A DNA stretch of 46,906 bases from Circinaria calcarea (GCA_051942165.1 JAVECS010000015.1:1-46906), one strand, 5' to 3'; shown: positions 11,087 through 24,200, counted from the first letter of the stretch. A program made the numbers and translations. Notes: generated by a model from the letters alone, not told the origin.

Positions 11087-12887
11087 CTAATGCGCCGTAA
11101 GAAAGAGTGTATTTGTAGTGAGACACGTGACCATGACTACAAAGCCGTAGATGGCCAGCGCAAGGCTCAACCTACGCAGCAGATTCTTGCGCCAGTTGCT
11201 GCCTTTGACTGACCCACCAAGGAGACCTTCGTCGTCATCATCGTCAGACGCATCCCAATGGTCGTCATCGTTCTCCTTCATTAGACGCCGATGATGCGGT
11301 GACTCGGGGGACGAGATCTTATAGTAGAAGAGGCCAGGAAGAATGAAACTGATACTCGTACTGCCTGTACTTCCCACATACGCAAGAACCTTCTCTAACG
11401 AAGAAACCGTCATCGCAACAATATAGCTCAGGACAATAATTGCCGTAGTGATCGCTGCAAATCGTGTTTCCCCCATACCATCTCCTCTGGCTTGCGAAGT
11501 CAACTTGCCCTGAGGAAGTAATGGAGCCGCTCGTGCCGGTGAGCTGTTTGGCGACTCCACCCTTTTGCAGGGTCGCCACTTCAGGATCGCATCTACCGAT
11601 GCTCTGCAAGGATGGACTTGCAAAGGATAGGAGAACATAACAAGGACGACGATAGCCGCTTTGGCAACAGTCGATGTCATCGAAGGGCCATCTGCATAAG
11701 AATCTTTAATATCGCGGTTGATACCCAAATCGAAGATTTCCACTTACACATGCCGACTATATTGCCTGAGACAGCATTGCCAAACGACAGGTACCCAGTA
11801 ATAGCTACGAGGATATAAATCATAGCTGCGAAGCCAATGCTTGCAACCGCGACACCGGTGGTCCGCAAGGGAGAGTTTTTACCGATTTCGTTGAGTATTG
11901 AGAACATCTTACACAAGAAACCCGTCAGGCCCGTCTTTTAAGCAAAGGAGACACCTCAAAGAAGAGACTTACGTTTTGATGACATGTGTAGGCAAAGACC
12001 ATGACGGGGAAGCTACTGAGTGTCGGAATTAAGCCACCCCAGGTATAAACACGTATAGCTCCTCTATCCTGCATTGTGTCTCCCATGGCGTAGTGTGCCA
12101 CAACCAGGATAACCAAATATCCGATGGATATTAATGCAATGACACTTGTGTACTTGAGAGAATCGAGCCGTCGAAGAAACGCTAAAGGAACAACAACAAG
12201 CCTAGTATACCCGTCAGACAGTTATTCGGGGAATGTAGCGCAAAGTACGAAACCTACATAAACCCGGTGACCCAAAAATGACGATCAACCAAAAATGGGA
12301 CGCCGCCAGCGGCCTCGCTGAAGCCTCTTACCACGCCCGGCATTAAATCGCCAATTATAATGAGATAACTGACGCCGACTCCAAAACACTTGATAGCAAT
12401 CGCGGCATCGAATACAACGGCAGCACTTGGGTATGTGATCTGGGATAGGGCGAAGAAGGATGCCGACCCCCGTTCCAGATATCTTGCACACCGTGTTTGC
12501 AGATATAGCCCAAACCCCGCGGTCAAACCAGCCCAGATGATTATTAGGACTCCAAGAAGAATGCCCATATGTGACAGCGCCAGTGGCATAGCCAGCACGC
12601 CAGCTCCAACAACTGGTGAACTTCAGAGACAGGTCCCAAGATCTGATCCTGGATACGTACTGGTGTTGAGCAGGTTGATGACACTGCTCGCCCATGTGGC
12701 TTGGCCAACCAGTCCGACCTCTTTCCCTTTGCTGGACGAATACCTTCTGTACGGCAGTATTGCTTAGCTTGACTGCTCCAGAGACTCCGAAGTGTTGATA
12801 GCTATGAGCTTACCGTCTAATCTTGGTGGAGGAGCTTGTGCTTGCTGGCCGCCCCTCAACTAACCCGCTGATGGCCGAGTACGACAT
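11087..12887 (-). CDS. Vacuolar amino acid transporter, AVT5/6/7 subfamily (Aa_trans)
   Basis: SSVINLLNT|IVGAGVLAMP, AIAIKCFGVGVSYLIIIGDLMP, FAYTCHQN, FSYPLQVHPCR, GSTGSTSISFILPG. Confidence 0.9.
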
Positions 12888-13192
12888 CCTCGAGCCCAAA
12901 ACACCAGATACACAGGGTGAGATCCTTCTTCATCTACACAACATCATGTTCTACAGCTAGAGGACTGTAGTTTGATGAAAGTGATTGAAATGGTGCATAA
13001 CTACCCGGATAGGCACTATCTACTTGATGGCGCATAACTATTTAAACGTTGCTTTTATCATAGCCGTAGCTTACAGTCCCCACGTAGCCTGCAGGTCTGC
13101 AAGGCCATATCACGGGTAATTCATTCTCCGTGCTCCGTAGGCTATCGACTGTGCTGTTTACATACCCTCGCCCAGATCTGACTGGAGCAACA

Positions 13193-13879
13193 ATGTCCGA
13201 TGTTGATGTCGACAGGAGTTTACTAGGGACCATCGAACTACTCGAGCATCGTTTGCAGAAAATTGAGTTCATCCTGGGTGGCAATGATGATTCCCGAGAT
13301 CTCCTCGAACAGACTGGACTTCAAGAAAGAGCTCACACTGTCCCAACGAGACTTGGTCACCTAGAGACGACATTAGGGAAGTTGTCATCTAATTCAAAGA
13401 ACATTCGAAACATTATACATCTGCGTAAGCATTACAGATACCGGTCTGACTACAGTGCTAATCTTCGCTAAGATCTAAGTCATCCGGAAGTATTTCTGCC
13501 GGCATCTATCCCAAACGATCAATCGACATTTTCGGAGATAGAGCGCCTCTCTATTGTTGATTCTTATGCGACTTTATATGCGACCACGGCGTCCCAACTT
13601 ACATCCGTTCAAGACGTGCCGATCCCGCCAGCAGAAGCATCAGCTTCTCTGATTTCTCTTCATCCAAGACTTACCAGAGTCAAGGACTTACAGCGTTCGC
13701 AGAGCAGGGAAGTTGCTGACCTGAGGCTTCGAACAGCATCGCTGCTGCAACGATGGTATAAATTCACCGTCTTGGATAGTGGTGAATGCTGGACGGAATG
13801 GGAGGATAGGGTTACCGCCGTGGAGAAAGCAGTGAGACGGAGTGAAGCTGCCATTCTACGGAGTAACACTGCTCTATGA
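13193..13879 (+). CDS. ro-10: Nuclear distribution protein RO10 / dynactin p24 (DCTN3-like)
   Basis: TIELLEHRLQKIEFIL, TASQLTSVQDVPIPPAE, LRTASLLQRWY, ECWTEWEDRV. One intron 13425-13472. Confidence 0.8.
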
Positions 13880-15485
13880 ATCCGGCTACAATGGTATATC
13901 GTCGGTAACAAGACCCTTACCGAGAAGCTCTCTATTTCTTTGCTCTATGAACACAATCAATCCATTCTAAGTTCCCCTTTATGACATTTGATCACCCCCG
14001 GCTCTGTCAACCATATCGGATACTGCAAAGCAAACGAGAAAACAAAAAAGGAAGAAAGCAGCAGATTATAATGATCAGATCAATGGTGGCTTCATAGTCG
14101 TTTATATTTAGGAAGTACCTAAGATCGAGTACATTGGCTGTCTAGGTTGCTTGTCAAGCAAAAGAAACGTCGTTCTTGATCTCAATACGCAAGAATACAT
14201 AGACATGGTTGCTCGACGGGGTGAGTTCTGAGTGCAATCGATACTTCAGATCTCGGAACCGATACTCCCTTGTCCTCATAGCAGATTACTATCCGTTCTG
14301 GACATTGGGGGAACCCTATTAATAGCTGTAAATATAGAAGTACGGAAAGAGGAGCTACACTCGTCAAGAAATCTGTCCTTTACCTACCCCGAAGATGGTA
14401 TCTAGACAACCGGTGAGTTCCTCGTGTGATTGCTTCATGTTTTATTTACTTTATTTGCTTGTTTCGTCATGTGCAGTTACTTATCACCATCTTGGAGGGT
14501 TTATACTGATTCAGACCTAAATGGGTTCAGAATATTCTTGCCCAGGAAATGGAAGGCGGCCATGGTAAGAGAATTTAATAGAGCTACTAAGTATAAGACG
14601 GCTTCACGCTCTTTTGTTTTAGGCTGCTCGGTGTACCCCTTCCAGAACGGTCGAAAGGAGATGTGGCTGAAGCCCTATCAGCGGAATACCCTTTGGTGCA
14701 GAGATGCAAACTAAGGTGGTATGGATGAATGATGCTCGCTCGCGCTGTGGTTGAGTGGACTCAACACTGATCCTGGATGCAAAGGCGACGGGATTTCAAT
14801 GTCCCATGGTTGTGAGTTTATAGAAACCGGCCCTTTGTAATAAACAGGCCATGGTCCTGGGGCTGTACATTTAAATCCCCGCCCGATCTTGCCACTGTCA
14901 CTTGGAACTGTGTAATACCGATAGTATTGGTCTATGCATCTGCCGCAACATAATATCTCTACCTAGGTCTAACGGACCTTGTCCCTGTTCCTGAAACGCT
15001 TCAGGTGAACAGTTAGAATCGCTGTGACGGCGTAAAGGAAACTCATCAGGCAATCTGCCTCGACTGCTTTGCTTTGCAATAACGGGGGTCCTCCCAAACA
15101 AGTAGACATTGTAGTCAAACGCAATCACGAACAGAGAGCTCTTCGAGTCTGGGGTATCGCGATTCGCGGTCGCATGCGAAAACGTCTGGACAGACGAAGA
15201 ATCGTCGAATGGTTGATTGTGAGAAGACGCTGAAACAGCCAGTGTAGGCGCCCGCCATGCAACGAAGTCGGAACTGTATGCTTTTATTAGTCTTTGCTGG
15301 TGGCTTTAGGGCCGCGCTTACAAGATTACTGCCCGGGTTCATGTAGGCCCGAGGTCAGTCAAGTTTGGGGAGCCGAGAGGTTTAGGGGAAATGTTCGGGC
15401 CTAACCTCCTCAGGCCTAAGCCAGACACGATCATCCTCCATCTGCTTCTCCCCACGCATCCATCTCGCTGAAACCCCCAGGTCTT

Positions 15486-15546
15486 GTCACTGTCACTGCT
15501 GTTGTCAGCGTCAGCGTCAGTGCCAGCATCTGTATCAGTGTCAACC
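15486..15546 (+). repeat. Degenerate hexamer tandem repeat (GTCAGC/GTCACT) upstream of SHO1
   Basis: gtcact gtcact gctgtt gtcagc gtcagc gtcagt gccagc atctgt atcagt gtcaac. Confidence 0.6.
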
Positions 15547-15847
15547 TTGGACTTCCAACTGGCTTCCATTATTCATTCGGTCGTGCCGCCATAGGCAGAC
15601 TACACAGTTCGTTTGCCAGGCACCACAATCTTAGCCCCGAGGTTGCCAGTTGACTTCCTCGTCCGTTCTTTACCTGCTCACGAAGTCACGCCGATTGTAT
15701 TCACCTCGCACATACACCTTCCCAATCACCACCGAATGCTCGCCCACTTCATACCTTTAGCTTCGTCTCATTGCCCACTTACCCAGCTCTGAAGCCCATT
15801 CAGCACGCACCAGCCCTGTGGACCTTCTACCCTTCGCGAGTTGCTCT

Positions 15848-17068
15848 ATGCCATCATACGGAAGCCTTCATTCCCCGTCACTGCGCAAGATGAATACCAA
15901 TCTGGAGGGCACCGGCCGTCGGCGACGGGGTGGAATGGGAAAGTTTAGTTTGGGTCTGTAAATGTGGTGGGATGGTATCAGGGGAGCATGCTAACGATCC
16001 TTAAAAGGCCATATCATCGGTGATCCGTTCGCCTTGGCGACCATCTCAATCGCAACAGTAGGTTTCACTGTTGCTCTTCTAACAGCGGTTGACTGACGAC
16101 AACTTTTGATCAGCTTGCGTGGTTGATCGCATTCATCGCATCCATCATATCCGACATTCGAGATCCTTTTCCAAACTTTGCATGGTGGGCCATAGCGTAT
16201 ATGCTTTGCTGTATAATAGGTATTGTGGTGGTGGTAGCGTCCAACTCGCATGAAACATACCAAGTCGCTGTAGGGGAAACTATGGTTCCTATAACTGCGG
16301 TACGCTGACTCTCTTAGATCGTGGGTTTCCTCTCCCCTGGATTGGTTTTCACAACTTCGTCTGTCAACACTTTGGTATACTCTCCTCGCGGTGAAGAAGA
16401 AGCAGCGGCTGCCGGTTTCATTCTACTCTCCATGGTCGCTGTAAGTGAAAACGTATCACCACTAGATCAGAATACCGAGGCTGACAATTCAGATTGTATG
16501 GATCTTCTATTTCGGGTCTACGCCTCAGGCCAGCCACCGCGGATATATTGATTCGTTTGCCTTGCACAAAGAACAACGTGGGTCTATGCGCAATGGCCGA
16601 CCAATGAGCAGCAACCAATACGGTGCTGGCAGACCTGAAACAACGATATCGGGCAATCATCAACCTCAAATGTACACGTCAGCACAGTTAAATGGATTCG
16701 AAACATCGTCGCCGGTCTCTGGCTACCCTGGTGGCCCGGTGGGCGGAGATCGTGGCGGTTCACAGCCAAGATTTGTCGGGGGAGCAGGACAGATCTCACC
16801 AGCACATACCCCAATAGCCACAGCTCCACCTGGTGGTATAGCAGGCGAGCCACATTCGAACGCTCATGATGTCGGAGCACCAACTGAGTATCCATACCGG
16901 GCGAAGGCAATTTATTCCTACGAGGCGAACCCGGATGATGCGAATGAGATTAGCTTCACCAAACACGAAATACTTGAGGTATCTGACGTTAGTGGAAGGT
17001 GGTGGCAGGCCAAGAAAGAGACGGGAGAGACCGGCATTGCGCCTTCGAACTATCTGATTTTATTATGA
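15848..17068 (+). CDS. SHO1: High-osmolarity signalling tetraspan protein Sho1 with C-terminal SH3 domain
   Basis: [21 protein letters not shown], four hydrophobic segments, [11 protein letters not shown], and SH3 domain [23 protein letters not shown]...[11 protein letters not shown]. Four introns. Confidence 0.95.
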
Positions 17069-18988
17069 TTGGCTTAGGAGTATTCGGAGCGTGTTCGTAC
17101 GGCGCTTTGTACAATGGTATTTGAGGACAAAAGGGTTGTCCTATAAGAATGACGGGGATTAACGAGTTGATAATCTCTATTCTTGGTTCGTTTGGATTGG
17201 CACAGTTGCGGGATATTGGGCTTTGGCTGTATGTCTCTCTCATGATACTTCTGCAATCGGTGCGTACGTCTAAGCGACTTGTTCTTCACGATACCTTGTC
17301 GTTAAGGTTTTGAAGATACAACCATACATACACTTTGCTTGTATTGATATTAAGATCTCTAATGGGACTGTGGATAGCAATATTAAGAAGCTTTACCCCT
17401 CTACCCTGTCCTTGTGTTCTGTAACTTTATGCGCTTTGTTGTGTCCAAGACAACACTTTATCGGGAACTGAAAGTACATGCGGCAACTTAAGGCGATGAT
17501 AAGGGAGACATCGTATTCGAGACTTCTTCAACACCAGGGGTCATATAGCGGCCGCTGAACGTGTGACGGGCTTTATGACCATGTTCCATCTCCCATCACA
17601 TCTACATTGAACCAATCAGCCTCCAAGGCACATCTGGTAGGTTTTCAGTCGGTGTTTCCCCGAATACCGGGCATCGTACTGAGCACGCCGGCTTGGATTG
17701 GTTAAAAGTCGACATCTTCGGCTCTGAAGGTGACGTTCTCATATCACCGGATTCTTTTCTTATCTAGCAAAACAGTGTGGCAAGCAGTTTCCTATGTCGT
17801 TGTATGAGCTGAACCCATCAACCCATTCCAAACCTCTATTCTCTTCTTACCTCAATAGTTCCGCCCACGCCCTGGGCCCACTTGATGCCACCAACGAGCA
17901 AATCTAGACGGGGCATAAAGAGGGGATATATCTCCCGTGAATTCAAGCAATAGTCTCAGAGTATCTCCGCCCAATGTAACGTCTGATACCACCGTCCCCG
18001 TTCTGCATGATCTCCCTTGTTTGCTGCTTTATAACATCATCTATTTTGGACCGATTTTAGATGACAGGGACGTTTTTATTGGCGCCAACACCACTGACAG
18101 ACTCAGCACCTGTTTCTGGTCTTGATTTCGTTCAATCGTTGCTATTCGAGGAACACGCCTCCAGCTTGACTTTCGGAACTAGACTGCTATGTCGTCCGAA
18201 GCCCTGAAGTCCATCAACGCCAGCGTGTTTTCGTAACACGGCATGTTGGTCACCACGTATGCCGACCGTAAACCTGTTACTGGTTCTTGCAGGTAGGCTC
18301 TCGAAAAGTCGAACCTAATAGGAGGTTCGCCCTGTCCTCTAAACTAGTCCGAAGGAGCAGCTGCTCCCGGCTGCTGACCGCAGAGCGGTGCAGGCGCATA
18401 TAAAAATGCCCACCTACAATGGCCGTTATTCTAACGGATTTCGGTCTTGATAATTTCTTTGCTAATGACAATCATGTAGATTATGTGTGTTCGTCGAAGA
18501 CGAATGGCGAAAACAGATACCACGGAAAGAAACATGTATATTCGGATCTGGTTGGCTAAAATCACTCACTCCATCCAACCATCTGAACGGTGGCATAGAA
18601 TGTATATGATGCCGAGCAGCATTCTTTGTGCGTCCTATATACACTTAGCATCGCAAACCCCAAAAGACATTGGTAATATAGTATGGACAGACAAATATCA
18701 TATTGTTTCTACATCGCCACGTAGAGCAGTGGCAGGCGTTCCAAAGGCACTCCGCTTAACAAATCAACCGCCGCTTTGCCTTTCACTCGATTACCTACCG
18801 TGCTAGTTCTGCACTTATTTCTGTCGATTAAGTGGGCACGCTCTATCTGGGAACTTAGGGTTCTTAATTTCCAGCTGGTTGGAACTGTGGTTCAAATTAG
18901 TTGCACATGTCGAGGGGATGCTTAATTAGATAGTAATCATAGTTTGGTTCAACGAGGCTGCCCGATTTTCTTATTGAACCGGCACATC

Positions 18989-20350
18989 ATGGCCTCTTTT
19001 AATATTTCCATCATTACCTTCAACTGCGGGCGTGGGCGGATCAAACCCGATGTTTTTGCGCGGCACATTGCTGCTGCCGTGTCCAAGGTTCAGACACCGA
19101 ATCTATTCGTTTTTTCATTACAGGAAATAGCGCCCATGGCATCCGCCTTTCTCGGGGGATCGTGCTTGATCCCATATTTTGATCGAGTACGCCACACCGT
19201 GGACCTGGCAGCCAAGGCTTTAGGCGGTGATGCGCGGTATGTAAGTCTCTTCACTGGGAACGTTGGGATGACAGCGATCATGGCATTTGTGAGAGAGGAC
19301 CTCGCGGATCATATCGTGTGGATGGAGGGAGCTGGAGTTGGGGTGGGAGTGCAGGAGATGGGAAACAAGGGTGCGGTCGGTCTGAGGATTGGATACGACC
19401 TTGGATCCGAAGAGACCATGGAGATGACGTTCGTTGCTGCACATCTGGCCGCGATGGAGAACGCTTCAGATCGAAGAAGTGAAGATTGGATAAATATAGT
19501 CAAAGGGCTTGTGTTCACCCGCCTGGCTCGAAAGGCCGCTCGTGCTGCTTCTAGATCTCAAGGTAGAGATAGTGAGGGCGCACCTTTCCTGCCAGGGTCG
19601 GTAGACAATGGTACAGCACCACCATCTGGGCTATACTCTTCAACGTCTCATTTGTTCCTTGCTGGAGACCTGAATTATCGAACATCACAGGTCCAACCGT
19701 CTCCCGAAGACCACAAATCATATCCGCAGCCTACCGAAGACGTGACAGATCCGAAACATTACAGAAACCTACTGAAGGACGACCAGCTCACCAAAGAGTT
19801 GCAGGTCCAAAGAACATGTCACGGCCTTCAAGAAGCACCAATAGACTTTCCACCTACGTATAAGTACTCATTCAAGCAACGAGCGGTAGCGGAGACCGAT
19901 GCCGGAATCGCATGGGCATGGGCGAAGCACCGCTGGCCTAGTTGGTGCGACCGTGTTCTATACCTAGATCTACCCTCGTGGATGCTATCGACAGGTACTC
20001 CAACCCAGATTCATGTACACCAGTACACCTCGCTACCACTGATGTCCACTTCTGACCATCGGCCGGTGCTCTTGTCTGTTTCCTTACCGCTGAAGGCAAT
20101 ACCACCGCCTGATGACGAGGTGACTGATGGCGACTGCCGGGTAAAACCACCATTCGAGATCAATGCTCAATGGCGGGAAAGGAGAGCTGTTGCGAGGAGG
20201 AAAGAGATTGCTGTGGGCATTCTTGCGTATCTTGCGTTGACGTGGGAAGGAAATGGCATTCTGGTTGCCACGATCCTAGGCGCATTGGGCGGATGGGCAA
20301 TCGTTAGTAGTGTTCTCGGGAAATATCCGCGAGCATACACTCTACCCTAA
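18989..20350 (+). CDS. Inositol polyphosphate 5-phosphatase with C-terminal membrane anchor (Inp54-like)
   Basis: ITFNCG, LQE, GNKGAVG, AHLAA, GDLNYR, FPPTYKY, PSWCDRVL, SDHRPV, and a hydrophobic C-terminus. Confidence 0.9.
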   Translation: MASFNISIITFNCGRGRIKPDVFARHIAAAVSKVQTPNLFVFSLQEIAPMASAFLGGSCLIPYFDRVRHTVDLAAKALGGDARYVSLFTGNVGMTAIMAFVREDLADHIVWMEGAGVGVGVQEMGNKGAVGLRIGYDLGSEETMEMTFVAAHLAAMENASDRRSEDWINIVKGLVFTRLARKAARAASRSQGRDSEGAPFLPGSVDNGTAPPSGLYSSTSHLFLAGDLNYRTSQVQPSPEDHKSYPQPTEDVTDPKHYRNLLKDDQLTKELQVQRTCHGLQEAPIDFPPTYKYSFKQRAVAETDAGIAWAWAKHRWPSWCDRVLYLDLPSWMLSTGTPTQIHVHQYTSLPLMSTSDHRPVLLSVSLPLKAIPPPDDEVTDGDCRVKPPFEINAQWRERRAVARRKEIAVGILAYLALTWEGNGILVATILGALGGWAIVSSVLGKYPRAYTLP

Positions 20351-21352
20351 TGTGGTTCTTCCGATCTGGAGCTGGCGCCTACGGGTTCACGGCGATCTCT
20401 TGAATAAACAAACCAGCACGCGGGCTTTGTCCATTACTACTCCTTTCGCTTCCGTATTTTTGAAAATGAAGGCACGTGAGCACAAGTCGTTACCGAGAGG
20501 AAGGTTTTAACGCCAAAGCAGCAATTACAAACTCGTCAAAGTCTTATAAACATTGAGAGCGTGGAATTTCGGGTGAAACACTCGATCTCCTTCCATATCC
20601 AGGGTAGGGGGTACAGGGTAAACCCCAATGCACTAATCGTCTCTCATCGGCAACGACTTTAGTACATCCGCCTCGAATACCAATCTCCCAAGATGATGAG
20701 GATTCCTCCGCAACGTTACCTATTCTCCATTTAGACGCCTCAAACATTTGTGTATCTGGTCTAGGGGCTACAGTCAAATGTAGGAGCTCCTTCGCTTAAG
20801 GATGACGCTAGAATCGATGGATTCTATCATCCAGGGGAACTTTTACTGTGGAAATGATGCCGACAATGAACGTGAGGTATGATAGAGCATGTTACACATG
20901 ATCCGTCTCTCAGCTACGGAACTTTTGTTTGTGCTGTATCATACCAGAGATTCTCCGTTTGCAACGGAGAACACACAGTTTCAAGATGCACAGGGAAAGC
21001 GCTGTTATTAGATTTATACCACAAGTTGGGTCAGTTCCTCACAACAACGGATCCCGTCTGTTGAGCAGAGTCATTCGGTTCTGGAGATTTCTCTCCTAAT
21101 ACATGACATGATCAATAATTCTATTTGCTCTTTGGCTGTACCATTCACGCGCGCATGCTTTGCATCCACTTGTACCAACTCATAAGCCTTATCTTACATT
21201 CCCCAATAGCCAACCCTCTAACCCTAGTGCATGCCTCTGACCAGCAGAGAGCTTCAGTAGGGCCCGAAGATGCTTAACTAGTCAGTCATCAGACATCAAG
21301 TATTACCGGAGGTCCCTGTTAAACACAATTTTACCTCTATCCCACTTCCCTG

Positions 21353-22023
21353 CTACTGGACCCTCACCAGCCGCCACCACTTCGGTCTTGCCGCCCTGTT
21401 AGAGAAATATAGTCAGTCATTATCACCTCGGCTCGAAGAAATATCCCCGGCTTACTCACCCTTCCTTTCCCCCTTGCCTCCACACAAACACAAATCCCTA
21501 TCCAACTCGTCAGCCGCCTTAGAACCCTCGTGTCCTATCACAACCGCACCAACTCCCCAGAACACCGTCCCCAAGAGGCCTGCCGCCATCGCGCTTGTCC
21601 ATCTTCCACACATACCTCCTTCGATTAGAATACCCCAGTCCCAGATGCTCCCACATCCTAACGTGACGACGAACCGGACAAGGAGGGCATAGGCGATTAC
21701 CCAGAGTAGGCAGAAGAGGAAGTCGATAGGGTAGTGTATCGCGGTTGTGAAGGTGGGAATGAGGAAAAGGAGGACCAGGAGGAGGGAGAGGGCGGCGAGG
21801 GTCAGAATGAAGATTTCGACTGGAAAAGAGGGAGAAGGTGAGGGAGGGTGTAGGACGGAGATTGCAAGGATGGTTGTAAGGATAACTGTTGTATGGGAAA
21901 GGGAGGTCAGCTCGGTTACTTGTGTTGGCTTGGATATTTGTAAAGGGACGAGGAAAGCTCACTGGAAAATGTGAGCTGGAAGATGCGGAAAAAGATGGAA
22001 ACGGGGCGGTAAGGGACGGACAT
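21353..22023 (-). CDS. Four-TM MARVEL-like integral membrane protein
   Basis: MSVPYRPVSIFFRIFQLTFS, then an intron, then hydrophobic helices ...IHYPIDFLFCLLWVIAYALLV...GCGSIWDWG...MCGRWTSAMAAGLLGTVFW. The paired Cys in the last loop fits fungal MARVEL proteins. The 3' exon boundary is uncertain. Confidence 0.65.
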
Positions 22024-24193
22024 CCTGGCCAGCAAGGTGGGTGGAGTAAATGCGGATGTGGATAGATGTTGAATGAGGGTATGTAAGTGGCAAACTCGAA
22101 AGCTAAACTGGAAAGCCGATGAGGAACAGACAGGAAAAGAAAATGCCAAAAGAAAGTAAATGAAGATGGAGAAACTAAGGGATGGCCGGGTTGATGATCT
22201 AATACTTATAATGGCTCACCTGGTGCGAGAAGTGAATTGATGGAGTCACTTGAAGCAGATCCAACAGTCAAAAATTACTCAACTTGCATCTAGAAGTGGT
22301 TAGCAATGATTATCACTCAATCTGTTTATTCGGAAATGTCCCTTGCAACGACGCTGGTATACAAACATCGTTATCGACGACAGACACCACATGCAAATTA
22401 AGTCTTCTAAAAGAGGCTTTAAACATGCTCGATGTGTTTATGGTATAAATTGATTTGTTATTCCTGCATGAGAGGTCCTTCAGGAGCATACACTTACTCT
22501 GGGGAACGACTTTTGCTCACCCACCCCTTATACTATGAAATTTCATAGATCCAAGACGGAGCCGGGCCATACCAACTTAAGGCGAACTCTGCGTTTCCCA
22601 TCATCTGAATAAAGCGCCTTCTGGCTTTGTCTCAGGTAATACGACCCCGGTATAATGGAGATAGCAAAAACTCGTAGCAATGCCCAACCCAGCTGGCAGA
22701 TCTAGTATCTTCGTTGCACCATAGTCCGCTGGTGCTGTTGTGACTGCCGTACTACTCCTACATGCTGATGGCATCCCATTTCGAAGAGCTATCCAGTGCC
22801 AAATGCATCTTCATAACTCCCTTTAGGACCCTGCCGCCGTTTATCCAAAGGCTGATGTTCGTAATGTGATGCCGTTACAGGTATTACTGTAGGAGCAGAT
22901 CACGTTTGTAATGTTCGGCTAAGACCTTTAGAGGCGGTAAATGTCTAGTTCTGGATAGATGGTTAGGTAATTTCTCGATGATTTGGAAGGGGCTGTCGAA
23001 TTCAATCATGGGAAAACGAAATTCTGTACATGCTGTCCCGTTACCGGTTACTGCAGCTATGGGCGCCCTATACGCGTGGAAATTGAGGCAGTGTGCAATG
23101 TGCATTGTGATAGCTAGTGGAGTTTTTGATATTATAAGATCGGAGGTTTCTACTGCCACCATTGGAATTGATCAGGCATATTTCGTTGCTGTCAAACGTA
23201 TATAAGTGGCTATACGGAACAATCGAGACTGCTGCGGTAGCTTCAAGAAGGCTCAGGGCATAGCCGCCGCCCTAATTACAGTAGATGTTCTCGAATGTGA
23301 AAGAACTAATCAAAGCAGTGGCACGTAGGGAGGAGTTGCGACCCCAGTCAACCAAAGAGTCTAAAGGCTCATATGCCTTTTGACTATGAAGACGTAGTCG
23401 TACTATACATAGCACCCTTCGATATGGAACCAAGATGGAACAGAGCCAGTGGCATGTAGGCTGGTAGTTGTGTTCTTCCGCGGGGGTGCCATCACGATAG
23501 ATGATACTATTAAGTAGCAAAATCCATGGAGGCTCACCACTCAGAGAGAGACCCAAGTGGCCATGGCAAAATCTCCTGAGGGAATGCCACAGTCTTACCC
23601 ATCCTGCATAGGACGAAGGACGATGCTAGAGGAGCACCAAGGCTAGTTGTACTGTTAGCCTTTGCGCCATAGTTCAGAAAAGTGCATGTGCTTTGGGCCG
23701 TCTTGCTGGTGTAAGAAGTCGATGGCCTGGTTGTTCCCGTCAACTGTGCGTACATGAGACAATGTAACAAAGAGCAAGAAAGGGAACGTCTTTGGACGGC
23801 ATGGTTAATTTTGTCTAAAGTTGGAAAATAGAGTAGAACAGATGTTCACTGATTTGATGGACTATAGAGACCGAAATACCATATGCGACGTAGAAAGGGA
23901 CAATTGGTATCTGATGGCTGGGATTCATAGCATTGCAAGTCCATTTAAAGTGATCGAGTGAAAACATATCGATTCTTTGGTGGAGCGGGAGAGGGATTCC
24001 GTCCGACCACGGGCCAGCAGCGCCGTCCAGACAGCTTCTTTTGCAGAGAGTCGGTACGAAGAGTACTATGAATGTCGGTTGGATTTAATTAAAGCCTTGT
24101 CACATACCACTGAGGTGCTCCGAGTCAGAGGATTGCTCTTGGCAGTGATATTGGGCTCATGAAGACTGATGAGGGCTGAAGATGGTTAGCGTT

Positions 24194-24200
24194 TCACGTG
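24194..24200 (+). promoter_or_regulatory. TCACGTG E-box (Cbf1-type bHLH site) upstream of the cysteine biosynthesis gene
   Basis: Exact TCACGTG about 180 bp upstream of the ATG at 24376. Function is inferred only. Confidence 0.3.

Noticed and set aside
18344..18432. SRP helix-8-like (ccgaaggagcag) and RNase MRP CR-V-like (acaatggccgttattc) motifs
   Set aside because: Key conserved bases and the required pairing partners are missing.
21210..21226. ctaaccctag, resembling a telomerase template or telomere repeat
   Set aside because: Not a full TAACCCTAA template or tandem array, and no other TER elements were recognised.
22533..22548. Perfect 16-bp palindrome ctatgaaatttcatag
   Set aside because: About one such palindrome is expected by chance in 47 kb.
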